DNA of 64,000 nt from an uncultured bacterium (GTDB lineage Bacteria > Oederibacteriota > JAAXVQ01 > JAUVAV01). The stretch is taken from the NCBI GenBank assembly GCA_963710755.1, contig CAVQBK010000003.1:288001-352000 (forward strand). Direction: 5' to 3'. The position numbers and the translations under genes were made by a program. The notes beneath the pieces were generated by a model that ran no database searches, was not told the origin of the DNA, and saw nothing but the letters and a program-made list of their open reading frames with translations. Within the stretch, counting starts at the first letter, position 1. Every line of letters starts with the position of its first letter. Shown here piece by piece: positions 9,953 through 20,968 of the stretch.

Positions 9953-12412
9953 TTAATCCTCGGGGATCACTACTTCTTCCTTGGCCGGCACTCTGGCCAC
10001 AGCACTGACAAAATCATTATCACCGACTTTAATCAGACGCACGCCCTGGGCATTACGCCCCACACGGCTGATATCTTTTATTGTCGTCCGAATCACGGTT
10101 CCAGTTGATGTGGTCAGCATCAATTCATCCATTTCTGAGACTGCTTTGATGGTGACCACCTCGCCGTTACGATCGGTGGCTTTGATATTGATCAGGCCTT
10201 GACCTCCCCGGCTTTGGATGCGGTATTCTTCCAGTTTGGTCCGTTTGCCAAAGCCTTTAGTGGTGACGGTCAGCAAGGAACCTTCCTGCGCCAGCACTTC
10301 CATGCCCACGACTTTGTCTTTGGCCTTAAGGCTGATGCCTCGCACGCCCCGGCCGGTGCGGCCGATCTCGCGAATACTATTCACTTTAAACCGGATGGCC
10401 TTGCCTTTTTGGGTGGCCAAAACCACGTCATCATCCGAGGATGCTTGCAGCACTTGCAGCAGGCTGTCACCATCCGCCAAGGACAGGGCGATGATACCTC
10501 CAGAACGGGGATTAGCAAACGCATCGAGACGTATTTTTTTGACCAGTCCAAGTTCCGTAGCCATCATCAAAAATTTATCTTCGCTGAATTCCTTCACCGG
10601 AATAAAGGCCTCTATGCTCTCCCCGGACTGAATATTAATCAGATTAACAATGGCCTTCCCTTTAGAGGTTCGTCCAGCTTCGGGAATTTCATAAACCTTA
10701 AGCCAATAACAACGGCCCTGGTTGGTGAAAAAGAGGATGTATTGATGGGTGGAGGCAATGAAAAGATGCTCCACAAAATCCTCCAGCTTGGTGGTAATAC
10801 CACTGATGCCCCGGCCACCACGGCGCTGGGCTTTGTAGGTGGAAACGGGCAATCTCTTAATATAACCCTGATTGGTAATGGTAATCACCATATCCTCTTC
10901 CGTGATCAAATCCTCAATGGAAAGATCGGCCTGGGCGGCAATGATTTCCGTCCGTCTGGCATCGCCGTACTTTTTCTTGATCTCCTCCAATTCCGTGGCG
11001 ATCAGGGACAATACTTTTTTAGGACTGGCTAGAATGGATTTCAGCCGTTCAATAGTTTTTAACAATTCCAGATACTCATCTTCGATTTTTTTACTTTCCA
11101 AATTGGTCAATTGCTGCAAACGCATATCTAAAATCGCCTGAGCCTGGAGGGCACTCAATTTGAAATTGGAAATAAGCGCCTCTCTGGCTTCGGCCGGCGT
11201 GGGCGAATTTCTGATAATGCGAATAACTTTGTCCAGAAACTGCAGGGCGATTTTTAACCCTTCTAAAATGTGCGCCCGCCGTTCCGCTTTGTCCAATTCA
11301 AATTTTGTCCGCCGGACCACGACTTCCCGACGATGTTCTAAAAAATGTTCCAATATTTGTTTAAGATTCAGGGTTTGCGGCCTTCCATGCACCAAGGCCA
11401 GCATATTAACCCCAAAACTGGAACGCAAGGAGGTGAATTTAAAAAGATTATTGAGCACCACCTGGGCATTGTCATTGCGCCCGATTTCCACAATAACCCT
11501 GACACCGTCCCGATCGGACTCATCGCGCAAATCGGTGATACCTTCAATTTTTTTATTGCGTACCAGTTGGGCCATGTTTTCAATTAGCGTGGCTTTGTTA
11601 ACCTGGTACGGCAGTTCGGTGATGACCAATCGTTCTTTACCGTTTTTAATCTGCTCCACTTTGACCTTGGCCTGCATTTTTACGGACCCGCGGCCAGTGG
11701 TATAAGCACTCAGGATGCCATCTTTACCTAGAATGTAAGCCCCTGTGGGAAAGTCGGGACCCTTAATATATTTTTTAATTAATTCTTTAATCTCAATGGC
11801 AGGATTTTCAATCAGGGCCAAGATGCCGTCGATCACCTCGTTTAAATTGTGGGGTGGAATATTGGTGGCCATACCCACGGCAATACCAGTGCCGCCATTG
11901 ACCAGGAGATTGGGAATGCGAACCGGCAGCAGTGCCGGTTCGGTAGTGCTGTCATCATAATTGGGAACAAAGGGGACTGTATCTTTGTCGATATCGGACA
12001 GCATTTCCGCAGAGATGCTGGAAAGCCGTGCTTCTGTATAACGCATGGCAGCGGGCGGATCCCCGTCCAGAGAACCAAAATTTCCCTGACCATCCACCAG
12101 TAAATAACGGGTATTAAAATCCTGAGCCATCCTGACCATGGTCTCATAAATGGCGGAATCCCCATGAGGATGATAATTACCCATGACCTCACCCACAATT
12201 TTGGCGGATTTACGGTAGGGTTTATTATGATGCAGCCCCATATCATGCATGCTGTACAGGATACGGCGGTGAACCGGTTTAAGACCGTCCCGGACATCAG
12301 GCAAAGCACGACCGACAATGACACTCATGGAATAATCGATATAGGAATGCCTCATTTCCTCTTCCACGAGGATGGGGGTTATTTTTTGTTGAGGATTTTC
12401 AGATGACTCCAT
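9953..12412 (-). CDS. gyrA: DNA gyrase subunit A
   Basis: [23 protein letters not shown], GyrA-box QRRGGRG. Confidence 0.98.
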   Translation of the reverse strand: MESSENPQQKITPILVEEEMRHSYIDYSMSVIVGRALPDVRDGLKPVHRRILYSMHDMGLHHNKPYRKSAKIVGEVMGNYHPHGDSAIYETMVRMAQDFNTRYLLVDGQGNFGSLDGDPPAAMRYTEARLSSISAEMLSDIDKDTVPFVPNYDDSTTEPALLPVRIPNLLVNGGTGIAVGMATNIPPHNLNEVIDGILALIENPAIEIKELIKKYIKGPDFPTGAYILGKDGILSAYTTGRGSVKMQAKVKVEQIKNGKERLVITELPYQVNKATLIENMAQLVRNKKIEGITDLRDESDRDGVRVIVEIGRNDNAQVVLNNLFKFTSLRSSFGVNMLALVHGRPQTLNLKQILEHFLEHRREVVVRRTKFELDKAERRAHILEGLKIALQFLDKVIRIIRNSPTPAEAREALISNFKLSALQAQAILDMRLQQLTNLESKKIEDEYLELLKTIERLKSILASPKKVLSLIATELEEIKKKYGDARRTEIIAAQADLSIEDLITEEDMVITITNQGYIKRLPVSTYKAQRRGGRGISGITTKLEDFVEHLFIASTHQYILFFTNQGRCYWLKVYEIPEAGRTSKGKAIVNLINIQSGESIEAFIPVKEFSEDKFLMMATELGLVKKIRLDAFANPRSGGIIALSLADGDSLLQVLQASSDDDVVLATQKGKAIRFKVNSIREIGRTGRGVRGISLKAKDKVVGMEVLAQEGSLLTVTTKGFGKRTKLEEYRIQSRGGQGLINIKATDRNGEVVTIKAVSEMDELMLTTSTGTVIRTTIKDISRVGRNAQGVRLIKVGDNDFVSAVARVPAKEEVVIPED

Positions 12413-12527
12413 ACGGTCCAGCTCCCTTAACCAAAATAAACAGATGATGAATAATAGATGCTTATTGTCCTGTGCTGATAAACGTAACTACTGCTCTTCA
12501 TGGCGATCATGAAATCTGATCATTGAC

Positions 12528-13628
12528 TTAAATGCGCATGGGCATAACCACACAAAGATAGTGTTGCTGCTCTTGCAAAGGTTTAAACAATCCGGGATTT
12601 AAATTGGTGGTCAGTTCCAGAGAACATTGTTCCGCACCGATGTTTTTTAAGACATCCATAATATATTTGGCATTAAAGGCCACCACAATATTATCACCGG
12701 GATAATTGACCTCCAATTCTTCCTGAGCTTCTCCAACTTCCGGCGTATTGGCCGTAATCATCATCTTGCCCTGGCTGATGGCGTATTTCACGGAATTGGA
12801 TTTATCAGAAGCCATCAACGCCACCCGGCGGGTGGCGGCCAATAAGGGAGAAACTTCTATTTCTATTTTTTTATCCGATTGCTTGGGAATCACTTGTTCA
12901 TAGTTGGGAAATTGGCCATCAATCAAACGGGACATTAAAATAATTTCAGGCGTGGAAAAGATAATTTGATTATCGTTAAGCTGAATATTCAATTCCCCTT
13001 CATCATCCAATATTTTATTTAATTCCTGCAGGGCTTTGGCGGGCACAATGTGATTAAATTTTTGATTGGGTGCTTTTTCAAGATCTTGATTATACAAAGA
13101 CAAGCGATGGCCGTCGGTGGACACCATCAGCAAACGATTATCCTCCACCAAAAACAAAACCCCATTGAGAACATACCGGGTTTCGTCGGTGGAAACAGAA
13201 AAAATAATCTTTTTGATCATATCTTGAAAAAGACTTTTGGCGATCTGGAAGCCTTTGTCGTTTTTGGCTTTGGGGAGTATGGGATATTCATCTTTAGGCA
13301 GGCCGTTTAATTTAAAGATGGATTTATCACAAACCAAAGTGACCAGATGATGGTCATTGACCGTTACTGTAATATCTTTATCCGGCAATTCACGAACAAT
13401 CTCTGCCAAGCGTTTGGCAGGAATAGTGGTACTGCCGGTATCGCTGATTTCTGCCGGAATCTGGCATTTGATGGAGACTTCCAAGTCCGTGGTGGACAGT
13501 TTTAACGTTTGATCATCTGTTTCCACCAAAATGTTGGAGAGAATAGGCAAGGTATTACGGCTGGATACGGCATTAATGACGGTTTGTACACCGTGCATTA
13601 GATCAGAACGTTTACAGATGAATTTCAT
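12528..13628 (-). CDS. dnaN: DNA polymerase III beta clamp
   Basis: TLPILSN, TDLE, TDGHRL, SRLIDGQFPNY, C-terminal MPMRI; follows dnaA. Confidence 0.98.
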   Translation of the reverse strand: MKFICKRSDLMHGVQTVINAVSSRNTLPILSNILVETDDQTLKLSTTDLEVSIKCQIPAEISDTGSTTIPAKRLAEIVRELPDKDITVTVNDHHLVTLVCDKSIFKLNGLPKDEYPILPKAKNDKGFQIAKSLFQDMIKKIIFSVSTDETRYVLNGVLFLVEDNRLLMVSTDGHRLSLYNQDLEKAPNQKFNHIVPAKALQELNKILDDEGELNIQLNDNQIIFSTPEIILMSRLIDGQFPNYEQVIPKQSDKKIEIEVSPLLAATRRVALMASDKSNSVKYAISQGKMMITANTPEVGEAQEELEVNYPGDNIVVAFNAKYIMDVLKNIGAEQCSLELTTNLNPGLFKPLQEQQHYLCVVMPMRI

Positions 13629-13649
13629 GAACGAGCCTCCTATTAATAA

Positions 13650-13916
13650 GAATGATCTTTAATAGTTTAATAAAATAAGTAGTACTAGTAGTAGGGCCTG
13701 TTAATATGTTAAGAACCCGAAAAACAATGTCCATGTAAAGCTAAAGTCAAAGTAAGAGTTGTTGACAAATTAAGAACAAGTGTCGAATTAAATCAAGATT
13801 ATTAACACCTTGAAAGGATTTTTAAATGTTCCACATTCAAGGCATGGTAATCAACAGAAAAAACAATTCTTATTAACAGGCAATCCCAAAGATATTCTTA
13901 ATACTCCATGTTGATT
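13650..13916. other. oriC: oriC unwinding region: AT-rich tract, DnaA-trios, GC cluster and DnaA boxes
   Basis: AAG TAG TAC TAG TAG TAG (13677-13694), GGCC, two boxes overlapping by 1 nt (13699-13715); further box-like 9-mers at 13760, 13799, 13827, 13848, 13870; same layout as the Bacillus subtilis dnaA-dnaN origin. Confidence 0.9.
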
Positions 13917-15299
13917 TTATAGGGCATTTTCTTTAAGCTGATTAATCAACCGGTTAACCAATTGACGCAATTTATCATCATGATTAAGTTTTTCTTTTAT
14001 TTTATCAAACCCATAAATGACCGTGGTGTGATCCTTACCGCCGAAAAACTTGCCAATTTCAGGAAGGGAAAAATCTGTTAATTCTCTGGCCAGATACATG
14101 GCGATCTGACGGGGATAAACAATAGAGGATGTTCTTTTCTTTGCTTTCAGATCGGAAATTTTTAAACTGAATTCATTGGCCACCATTTCAGTAATGACTT
14201 CAATAGTAATGGGTTTGTAATCACGGTTAAACAAATCGCGCAGCACTTCCCGGGTTAATTCCAGAGAAATTTCACTTTTGGTTAAAGAAGCGTAAGCAAT
14301 CACCCTGATTAATGAACCTTCCAATTCTCGCACATTGGATTTAATTTGGTTGGCAATATAGGCCAACACATCATTGGGCACAATAACTTTTTCCGATTCC
14401 GCCATTTTGCTTAAAATAGCCATACGCGTTTCAAAATCAGGTGATTGAATATCCGCCACCAGGCCCCATTCAAAGCGGGAACGCAACCGTTCTTCCAACT
14501 TGATTTCCTTGGGGTGAGAATCGGAAGTGGCCACGATTTGCTTTTGGACATTGTAAAGATCATTAAAGGTATGGAAAAATTCTTCTTGCGTACTTTCTTT
14601 GCCCACCAGGAACTGAATATCATCAATCAATAAAACATCGACGGTGCGAAAACGTTCCCGGAAGGCACGCATATTACCGCTGCTGATGGCAGCGATCATT
14701 TCATTCATAAATGTTTCCGATGAAACATAAACCACCCGTTTGTCCGGTGTTGTCTGATGAACAAAATTGCCGATGGCATGAAGCAGATGGGTTTTGCCTA
14801 AACCCACGCCGCCGTAAATAAATAAGGGGTTGTAAGATTTGGCCGGTGCTTCGGCAACGGAGAGTGTGGCTGCATGCGCAAAACGATTACTATTTCCCAC
14901 CACAAAACTATTAAAGGTGTATTTAGAATTGAGAGGTGTAATACTGGTGGAAAGGGATTCTTCTTTTCTATAACTGGATTCAGCGTCCTTTGGTGATGGC
15001 CCGGAAGCAAAGGGCATGACCGGCGTAGGTTTGGACGATTGCTGGAGATCAGAAGCAATAACAAAATAAATGGAAACCGGTTCAGAAGCTTTTTGACTGG
15101 CAATGTCTTGAAGACGGGAAAGATAATGTTCATTAAGCCAGTCACAAAAAAAACGGCTCGGTACTTCGATAACTAATTTATTTTCGGAGTACGTTAAAGG
15201 CCGTGTAGGTTTGAACCAAGTTTCAAAACTTTGTTTATTTAAATTCGATTCCAGATCGTCAAGAATTAAGGACCAAAGATTTTGGCTGGTCAACGACAT
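13917..15299 (-). CDS. dnaA: Chromosomal replication initiator DnaA
   Basis: YTFNSFVVG, YNPLFIYGGVGLGKTHL, IDDIQF, NVRELEG, domain IV IGKFFGGKDHTTV. Confidence 0.99.
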   Translation of the reverse strand: MSLTSQNLWSLILDDLESNLNKQSFETWFKPTRPLTYSENKLVIEVPSRFFCDWLNEHYLSRLQDIASQKASEPVSIYFVIASDLQQSSKPTPVMPFASGPSPKDAESSYRKEESLSTSITPLNSKYTFNSFVVGNSNRFAHAATLSVAEAPAKSYNPLFIYGGVGLGKTHLLHAIGNFVHQTTPDKRVVYVSSETFMNEMIAAISSGNMRAFRERFRTVDVLLIDDIQFLVGKESTQEEFFHTFNDLYNVQKQIVATSDSHPKEIKLEERLRSRFEWGLVADIQSPDFETRMAILSKMAESEKVIVPNDVLAYIANQIKSNVRELEGSLIRVIAYASLTKSEISLELTREVLRDLFNRDYKPITIEVITEMVANEFSLKISDLKAKKRTSSIVYPRQIAMYLARELTDFSLPEIGKFFGGKDHTTVIYGFDKIKEKLNHDDKLRQLVNRLINQLKENAL

Positions 15300-15423
15300 C
15301 AGTATTACCTCAAGGTTAAAATTTATTCAGGGAATGCCAAAATTCTACAAGAAAGTAGGAAGATTTTTATTCAGGACGATCCGGTCAAGAATGATGGCGC
15401 AATCATTGTAGTATGACTTGATA

Positions 15424-15492
15424 AATTCCACAAATAAAAAATAATCCACAAAAATATCCACATCTGTGGAAAAGAAGATAAGTTGTTAAAAA
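15424..15492. promoter_or_regulatory. DnaA-box cluster upstream of dnaA (autoregulation or second half of a bipartite origin)
   Basis: AATTCCACA 15424, TAATCCACA 15442, ATATCCACA 15454, TGTGGAAAA 15465, TGTTAAAAA 15484. Confidence 0.8.
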
Positions 15493-15688
15493 ACAAGCTG
15501 TTTTGCGCAAAGGTTAAAGTAGTTTACCAGTAATGGAATTTATTTGCAGTCACTTAACGAGGTTAATCGAGCATGGCGCCCATTGGCCATTCTTAAACCG
15601 GGCAAGAAACATCATTTCAAAATTGATCATCAGCCGCCCGCCAAGACAAAAGAAACCATAAAATATAGGGAAAAAGACTTTAAATAAC

Positions 15689-15717
15689 TTGACAAGCGAA
15701 AGCAGTTTGAGTAAATT
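15689..15717 (+). promoter_or_regulatory. Sigma70-type promoter of the rpmH operon
   Basis: TTGACA-N17-TAAATT, about 50 nt before the rpmH ATG. Confidence 0.65.
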
Positions 15718-15766
15718 AAACTGCTCCATTAATAAAGTAGGAAGGGAACAGAAGGGAATTTGACTC

Positions 15767-15904
15767 ATGAGCAAAAGAACATTTCAACCCAATAATGATA
15801 AACGTAAAAAAGACCATGGTTTCAGAAAACGTATGAAAACCAAAAGTGGGCAAAACGTTATTAATAATCGGCGCGCCAAGGGAAGGAAACGTTTATCTGC
15901 ATAA
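15767..15904 (+). CDS. rpmH: 50S ribosomal protein L34 (45 aa, missing from the ORF track)
   Basis: Manual translation [45 protein letters not shown]; divergent from dnaA. Confidence 0.98.
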   Translation: MSKRTFQPNNDKRKKDHGFRKRMKTKSGQNVINNRRAKGRKRLSA

Positions 15905-15905
15905 C

Positions 15906-16274
15906 ATGCAGACGCGTTATACCTTTTCCAAAGATAAGCGTATTCATTTGGACAGTGATTATAAACGCTTGTTTTTTAAAGGGAAAAAATTCAGCAGCTT
16001 ACATTTAAGAATTTATTTTCTTGTGGAAGACGGCCCCAGACAGATGGGTGTGGTCATAAGCCGAAAACTCAAAGGTGCCGTGAGACGTAACCGTCATAAA
16101 CGGTTGATCCGTGAATATTTTAGATTAAACCAATACAAGCTCCGGGATCATTTGAAATTGGTGATATTTGTAACCACATGTTTCCAACCCGCATCATACA
16201 AAGCGCTTGAACAAGAATTGACCAGGTTATTGGAAAAAGCCCATTTAATGGAAAACACCAGCATTGAGGCTTAA
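15906..16274 (+). CDS. rnpA: Ribonuclease P protein component
   Basis: [23 protein letters not shown] (RNR motif); ATG 1 nt after rpmH stop. Confidence 0.95.
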   Translation: MQTRYTFSKDKRIHLDSDYKRLFFKGKKFSSLHLRIYFLVEDGPRQMGVVISRKLKGAVRRNRHKRLIREYFRLNQYKLRDHLKLVIFVTTCFQPASYKALEQELTRLLEKAHLMENTSIEA

Positions 16275-16336
16275 TCCATCACAACCATAATCCCCAGACC
16301 GAGAGTATCGGGCTTAATGACGGGGGTATAAATATA

Positions 16337-16546
16337 ATGAAAAAAATATTGGTTATACTGATCCGATTATACCAAAAGATCATTTCTCCTTTTCTGCCAC
16401 GTTCTTGCCGTTTTTATCCTACTTGTTCTGACTATGCGGCCCAAGCTATAGAAAAGTATGGAATGATGAAAGGGTGTTGGTTGGGTCTTAAGCGCCTAGG
16501 CCGATGTCATCCGTTTCATCCGGGAGGCATTGATCCTGTACCCTAG
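16337..16546 (+). CDS. yidD: Membrane protein insertion efficiency factor
   Basis: [23 protein letters not shown]. Confidence 0.96.
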   Translation: MKKILVILIRLYQKIISPFLPRSCRFYPTCSDYAAQAIEKYGMMKGCWLGLKRLGRCHPFHPGGIDPVP

Positions 16547-16647
16547 ACAGAGTGAAATGTAAGGCTATTATAATGATAAAAAATAGATAATAATCTCCAT
16601 GCTTATCACGGCACAACCTATTATTTAAGGACCTAGGAGTCAGGGGA

Positions 16648-18240
16648 ATGGACAGACGTTTCATTATATTTATCGTATTTTCAATTATCGTATTATATGG
16701 GTGGCAATATTTGGGTCATAAGGATAACACCAACCCTGCACCGGCCGTAAAAACCCAAGAACAAACTGTAAACAACGAAATTAAGCAGGAAAAAACCAAA
16801 AATAGTATAAATATAACTAATAATGATAATTTATTAATACAAAACAATAAAAATAAAGAAGAAAAAATAAATAAAATTAGCAATGGCAATGTCACTATCG
16901 AAGCCACCAATAAAGGTGCCCGCCTTACTCATGTGATTATTGATTATGTACATCAGAAAGAAGATGAAATTGACGATCTGGTCGACCAATTGGATCGTAA
17001 TGATTATCTTGCCTTAAAAACCACTCTTAATAATCGGAATATAAATTTTAATGATATGATTTGGGATGTAAAAGAGGAAGACAAATCATTAATTTATTCA
17101 TTAAAATTGAAAAATAATGTAAAAATAATTAAAAAAATTGAATTAAATGATAATAATACTGGATCAATAATACTGGAAATAGCCAATAATAGTGATCAAG
17201 AAATCTCTTTTAAAAATATAGCTTTACAATGGGGTCCTGGAAAAAGTCCAGAGGGTAATCGTTTTAATGTAAAAAGTATCGTGGCTTTAATGGGAAGAAA
17301 AGTCGATCGATTTAAGCCAAAAAAGAAAGAACAAGTTACTAATTTAGATGTAAAAAATGGTTTTTTTGGAATGCAAAGCCAATATTTTTGTTCATTATTT
17401 TACCAAAACAATGAATTTATTAAAAATATTACGGTTAAACAAAATGCCAACCAAACTTTAGATTTAATTATGCATTATAATAACGTGAATTTAAAACCAG
17501 GAAAAAATGAAATAATGCCAATTTCATTTTATTTTGGCCCGGAAAATTATGATAAACTATCAAAACTTAATATTGGTGCTCAAAAAGTAGTTGATTTTGG
17601 TATTTTTAGATTTTTAAGTGTGCCCATGTATCATGTACTTAAGTTTCTGTATAAGATAACAGGGAATTATGGTATTGCAATTATTTTATTAACTATCCTA
17701 ATACGCGGTATTTTATGGTGGCCAACTCATCGAAGTCAGACCTCCATGAAAAAAATGCAGACAGCCATGAGCAAGATGCAGCCGCGATTGAAAACATTGA
17801 AAGAGATTTATAAAGACAATCCCCAAAAATTAAATGAAGAAACCATGAAACTCTATAAAGAGTATCAAATTAACCCCATGGGCGGTTGTTTGCCCATGTT
17901 ATTAATGATGCCTGTTTTATTCGCTATGTTTTCTATTATGCGATCAGCAGTAGAACTAAAAGGGGCGGCCTTTTTTTGGATTTGGCAGGATCTTTCAGCT
18001 AAAGATCCTTTATATATTCTACCGATCGCCATGGGGTTGAGTATGTTTATTCAGCAAAAAATCTCAACGCCGCCGGCTGCAACAACTGAAGCAGCGACTC
18101 AACAAAAACTGATGTTGTATTTAATGCCGGCAATGTTGACCTTTTTCTCCTTTATGTGGCCATCAGGCTTATTACTCTACTGGGTTGTATCCAATATCCT
18201 ATCTATTGGTCAACAGGTATTAATCAATCGCAAAGCATAA
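16648..18240 (+). CDS. yidC: Membrane protein insertase YidC (long form with periplasmic domain)
   Basis: GNYGIAIILLT, NPMGGCLP, DLSAKDP, PSGLLLYW. Confidence 0.96.
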   Translation: MDRRFIIFIVFSIIVLYGWQYLGHKDNTNPAPAVKTQEQTVNNEIKQEKTKNSINITNNDNLLIQNNKNKEEKINKISNGNVTIEATNKGARLTHVIIDYVHQKEDEIDDLVDQLDRNDYLALKTTLNNRNINFNDMIWDVKEEDKSLIYSLKLKNNVKIIKKIELNDNNTGSIILEIANNSDQEISFKNIALQWGPGKSPEGNRFNVKSIVALMGRKVDRFKPKKKEQVTNLDVKNGFFGMQSQYFCSLFYQNNEFIKNITVKQNANQTLDLIMHYNNVNLKPGKNEIMPISFYFGPENYDKLSKLNIGAQKVVDFGIFRFLSVPMYHVLKFLYKITGNYGIAIILLTILIRGILWWPTHRSQTSMKKMQTAMSKMQPRLKTLKEIYKDNPQKLNEETMKLYKEYQINPMGGCLPMLLMMPVLFAMFSIMRSAVELKGAAFFWIWQDLSAKDPLYILPIAMGLSMFIQQKISTPPAATTEAATQQKLMLYLMPAMLTFFSFMWPSGLLLYWVVSNILSIGQQVLINRKA

Positions 18241-18489
18241 TTTATTTAAATGAAACAAATACTAGATTAAATTTGGATAATATATACTGGAGCAGCTAGG
18301 AACGTGACCTTTTAGTCGGACTGTTTGTTATGTGGTCATCATACAGGAGTCCTTGATTTTAAAGTCTTTCTGGACCACGATTTAAGTGATAAACCCTGAA
18401 ATTTGACTAATGATTCATGATCCAGAGTAAATCATGATTATAAATTATGATTGATAAAATCAATAGCTTTTTGGCCGGAGGGTAAGCCT

Positions 18490-19227
18490 ATGATGGAAAT
18501 TATTAAAGAGGCAAAAACAGTGGACGCCGCCATTGCCGCAGCATTGGAAGAATTAAAATGTGATGAAGAAGATGTAGTCATTGATATTTTACAACAACCT
18601 AGTAAAGGTATTTTTGGCATGGCCAAAATGGCCAAAGTTAAAGTTAAATACATTAATGCCAATGTAAAAGAAGGAATGGAGCATCACCATAAAGTTATGG
18701 CTTCCGAATCAAAAGAGCCGTCGGATTTAGAAAAAGAAGGAAAAAAGGTCCTACATAAAGTACTGACTTTAATGGGCTTTCAAACAGCCACGATTAAATC
18801 TCGGCATGACAATGAGAATATATTTTTGGACATTACCAGTGATTCGGAAGGTCTGTTAATAGGCAAGCATGGACAAACTATTTCGGCATTGCAATATTTG
18901 GTTAATCGTATGATTAAGGATGAAAACAATAAAGAATTGCGCTATATTGTGGATATTGGCTCTTATCGAGTGAGGCATAAAAATATATTAGAAAAGACTG
19001 CCAAAAAGGTTGCTGCTCGTGTTATTGAAAGTCACCAACAAGAAGCCTTACAGCCTATGGGGGCTTTCGATCGGCGTATTGTTCATATGATCTTAAAAGA
19101 TAATGAAGATGTGATGACGTACAGTACTGGCGAAAAGCAATATCGTCACGTGGTCATTGCGCCCAAGGGAACGATACCTAATGAGGGCGATATAAAAGAA
19201 GCAGAAGAAGACAAGAGCGAAGAATAA
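18490..19227 (+). CDS. jag: Jag/KhpB (EloR) RNA-binding protein
   Basis: Jag_N KTVDAAI..KGIFG, KH LIGKHGQT, R3H RRIVH; RBS GGAGG. Confidence 0.93.
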   Translation: MMEIIKEAKTVDAAIAAALEELKCDEEDVVIDILQQPSKGIFGMAKMAKVKVKYINANVKEGMEHHHKVMASESKEPSDLEKEGKKVLHKVLTLMGFQTATIKSRHDNENIFLDITSDSEGLLIGKHGQTISALQYLVNRMIKDENNKELRYIVDIGSYRVRHKNILEKTAKKVAARVIESHQQEALQPMGAFDRRIVHMILKDNEDVMTYSTGEKQYRHVVIAPKGTIPNEGDIKEAEEDKSEE

Positions 19228-19518
19228 ACCCTTAATTGCTGGCACACCAAATCTCAAGCCCTGCTCATCACAGGGCTTGAGGTAAAAGCCATGAGCGTAA
19301 CTGAATATTGGCTTATCCAATCCACCACCATCCTAAACCAGAAGTTCCGGAAATAAACGCTATTTCTCACGCATACCTAATGGGCACAAGCAACTGCATA
19401 GGACGAAAAGTTATAACTATGAATATCGTTTGTCCTTATTTGCGATATTCATCTATTGTAGGGACTCAAAAATTTGAGCACCTAATTATAATTTATCAAA
19501 CATAAGGAAGAGAAGACA

Positions 19519-20889
19519 ATGAGTCCATCTACTATAGCGGCAATTAGTACGCCTCAAGGAAGAGGCGGTATTGGCATTATAAGGCTATCTGGAGATAATG
19601 CCTTTGCTATAATTAGAACTATTTCCAATATTGCGTTTAATCTGGATGAGTTACTTGCCTTGAATAAAAGAAAATTAGTGCATGGCTATATTAAGGATAG
19701 TCAAGGCCAACCTATTGACGAAGTATTAATGGGTATTATGCCATCCTCTCGGTCTTATACAGGAGAACAGGTAGTGGAAATAAACTGCCATAGCGGTAAG
19801 GCAGTGTTGAGTAAAATTCTGGAACGGACAGTAGAAGCCGGAGCCTGTATTGCTGCTCCTGGGGAGTTTACCCGACGGGCCGTAGAAAAGGGAAGAATTG
19901 ACTTGGTTAAAGCAGAAGCTATTAATGATTTGATTAATGCCCGTTCTGAAAAAGCCTTAGCTATAGCCATGCAGCAGTTAGAAGGGGGATTGACTAAACG
20001 CTATGAGGAGCTGAAAGATCAATTAATTTCACTCTTGGGAGAAATGGAGGCTGTTGTTGATTTTGAAGTGGACAATCCTCATTTAACACCAGATCACTGG
20101 AAAAATAAGCTTGAGCAGATCATAAGTTTGCTTAGTACCATGCTTAAATCTTCAAAATTAAAAAAATATGTGGATCATGGATTTTGGGTCACCTTAGCAG
20201 GTCCTCCGAATGCGGGTAAATCCAGCTTATTTAATGCTATCTTGAATATAGAACGTTCAATTGTGTGTGATATGCCTGGGACTACCCGCGATCATATTTC
20301 AGAAACAATAGAAATTGAGGGCGTGGAAGTAAAAATAACCGATACAGCTGGCTTGAGGGAAACAGAAGACACGCTGGAAACCCTATCCATTAAAAGGAGT
20401 AAGGACCAGATGGAAGCAGCTGATTTCATTCTTTATGTAATTGATCAAAGCCAAGCCATCAAACAAGAAGATGTTGAAACAATTAAAAAGCTGGTCCAAG
20501 ATAGGGGAGTACTGGTATTAAATAAAGGAGATTTGCCCAAAGATCCATCGCTAAAGATATTAAAACAACAGTCAATAGAATCTATAGAAATTTGTTCTTT
20601 AAAAAACGAAGGCATAGAAAACCTGCTTGATATACTTGCCAATAAAATAGCTCGATATTTTCCCGACAACCCTAACTCTATCGTTTCCTCCATGCGGCAG
20701 AGGGCTTTAATCGAGAAGGCAAGTATGTACTTACAAAATGCATACAAAGCTTTGGAAAATACAATGTCACTGGATATGGCTATTTATGAAATAGAGAAAT
20801 CTGTAGAAGAGTTAAAAGAAATTTTAGGACAGATCACCAGCGATGATGTTTATGATGTTGTTTTTAAAAAGTTCTGTGTTGGTAAATAA
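19519..20889 (+). CDS. mnmE: tRNA modification GTPase MnmE
   Basis: TIAAISTP.GRGGIG, GPPNAGKSS, GTTRD, DTAG, NKGD, C-terminal FCVGK. Confidence 0.97.
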   Translation: MSPSTIAAISTPQGRGGIGIIRLSGDNAFAIIRTISNIAFNLDELLALNKRKLVHGYIKDSQGQPIDEVLMGIMPSSRSYTGEQVVEINCHSGKAVLSKILERTVEAGACIAAPGEFTRRAVEKGRIDLVKAEAINDLINARSEKALAIAMQQLEGGLTKRYEELKDQLISLLGEMEAVVDFEVDNPHLTPDHWKNKLEQIISLLSTMLKSSKLKKYVDHGFWVTLAGPPNAGKSSLFNAILNIERSIVCDMPGTTRDHISETIEIEGVEVKITDTAGLRETEDTLETLSIKRSKDQMEAADFILYVIDQSQAIKQEDVETIKKLVQDRGVLVLNKGDLPKDPSLKILKQQSIESIEICSLKNEGIENLLDILANKIARYFPDNPNSIVSSMRQRALIEKASMYLQNAYKALENTMSLDMAIYEIEKSVEELKEILGQITSDDVYDVVFKKFCVGK

Positions 20890-20892
20890 CCA

Positions 20893-20908
20893 CGTTTCAC
20901 GTGAAACA
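20893..20908. promoter_or_regulatory. parS: parS centromere site 1
   Basis: CGTTTCACGTGAAACA, 15/16 match to TGTTTCACGTGAAACA. Confidence 0.92.
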
Positions 20909-20940
20909 TGGTTCCTAGGTATAGCGGTAAGCGTTTAGGA

Positions 20941-20956
20941 AGTTTCACGTGAAACA
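20941..20956. promoter_or_regulatory. parS: parS centromere site 2
   Basis: AGTTTCACGTGAAACA, 15/16 match, 48 bp from site 1. Confidence 0.92.
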
Positions 20957-20968
20957 TAAGGCGGTCTT

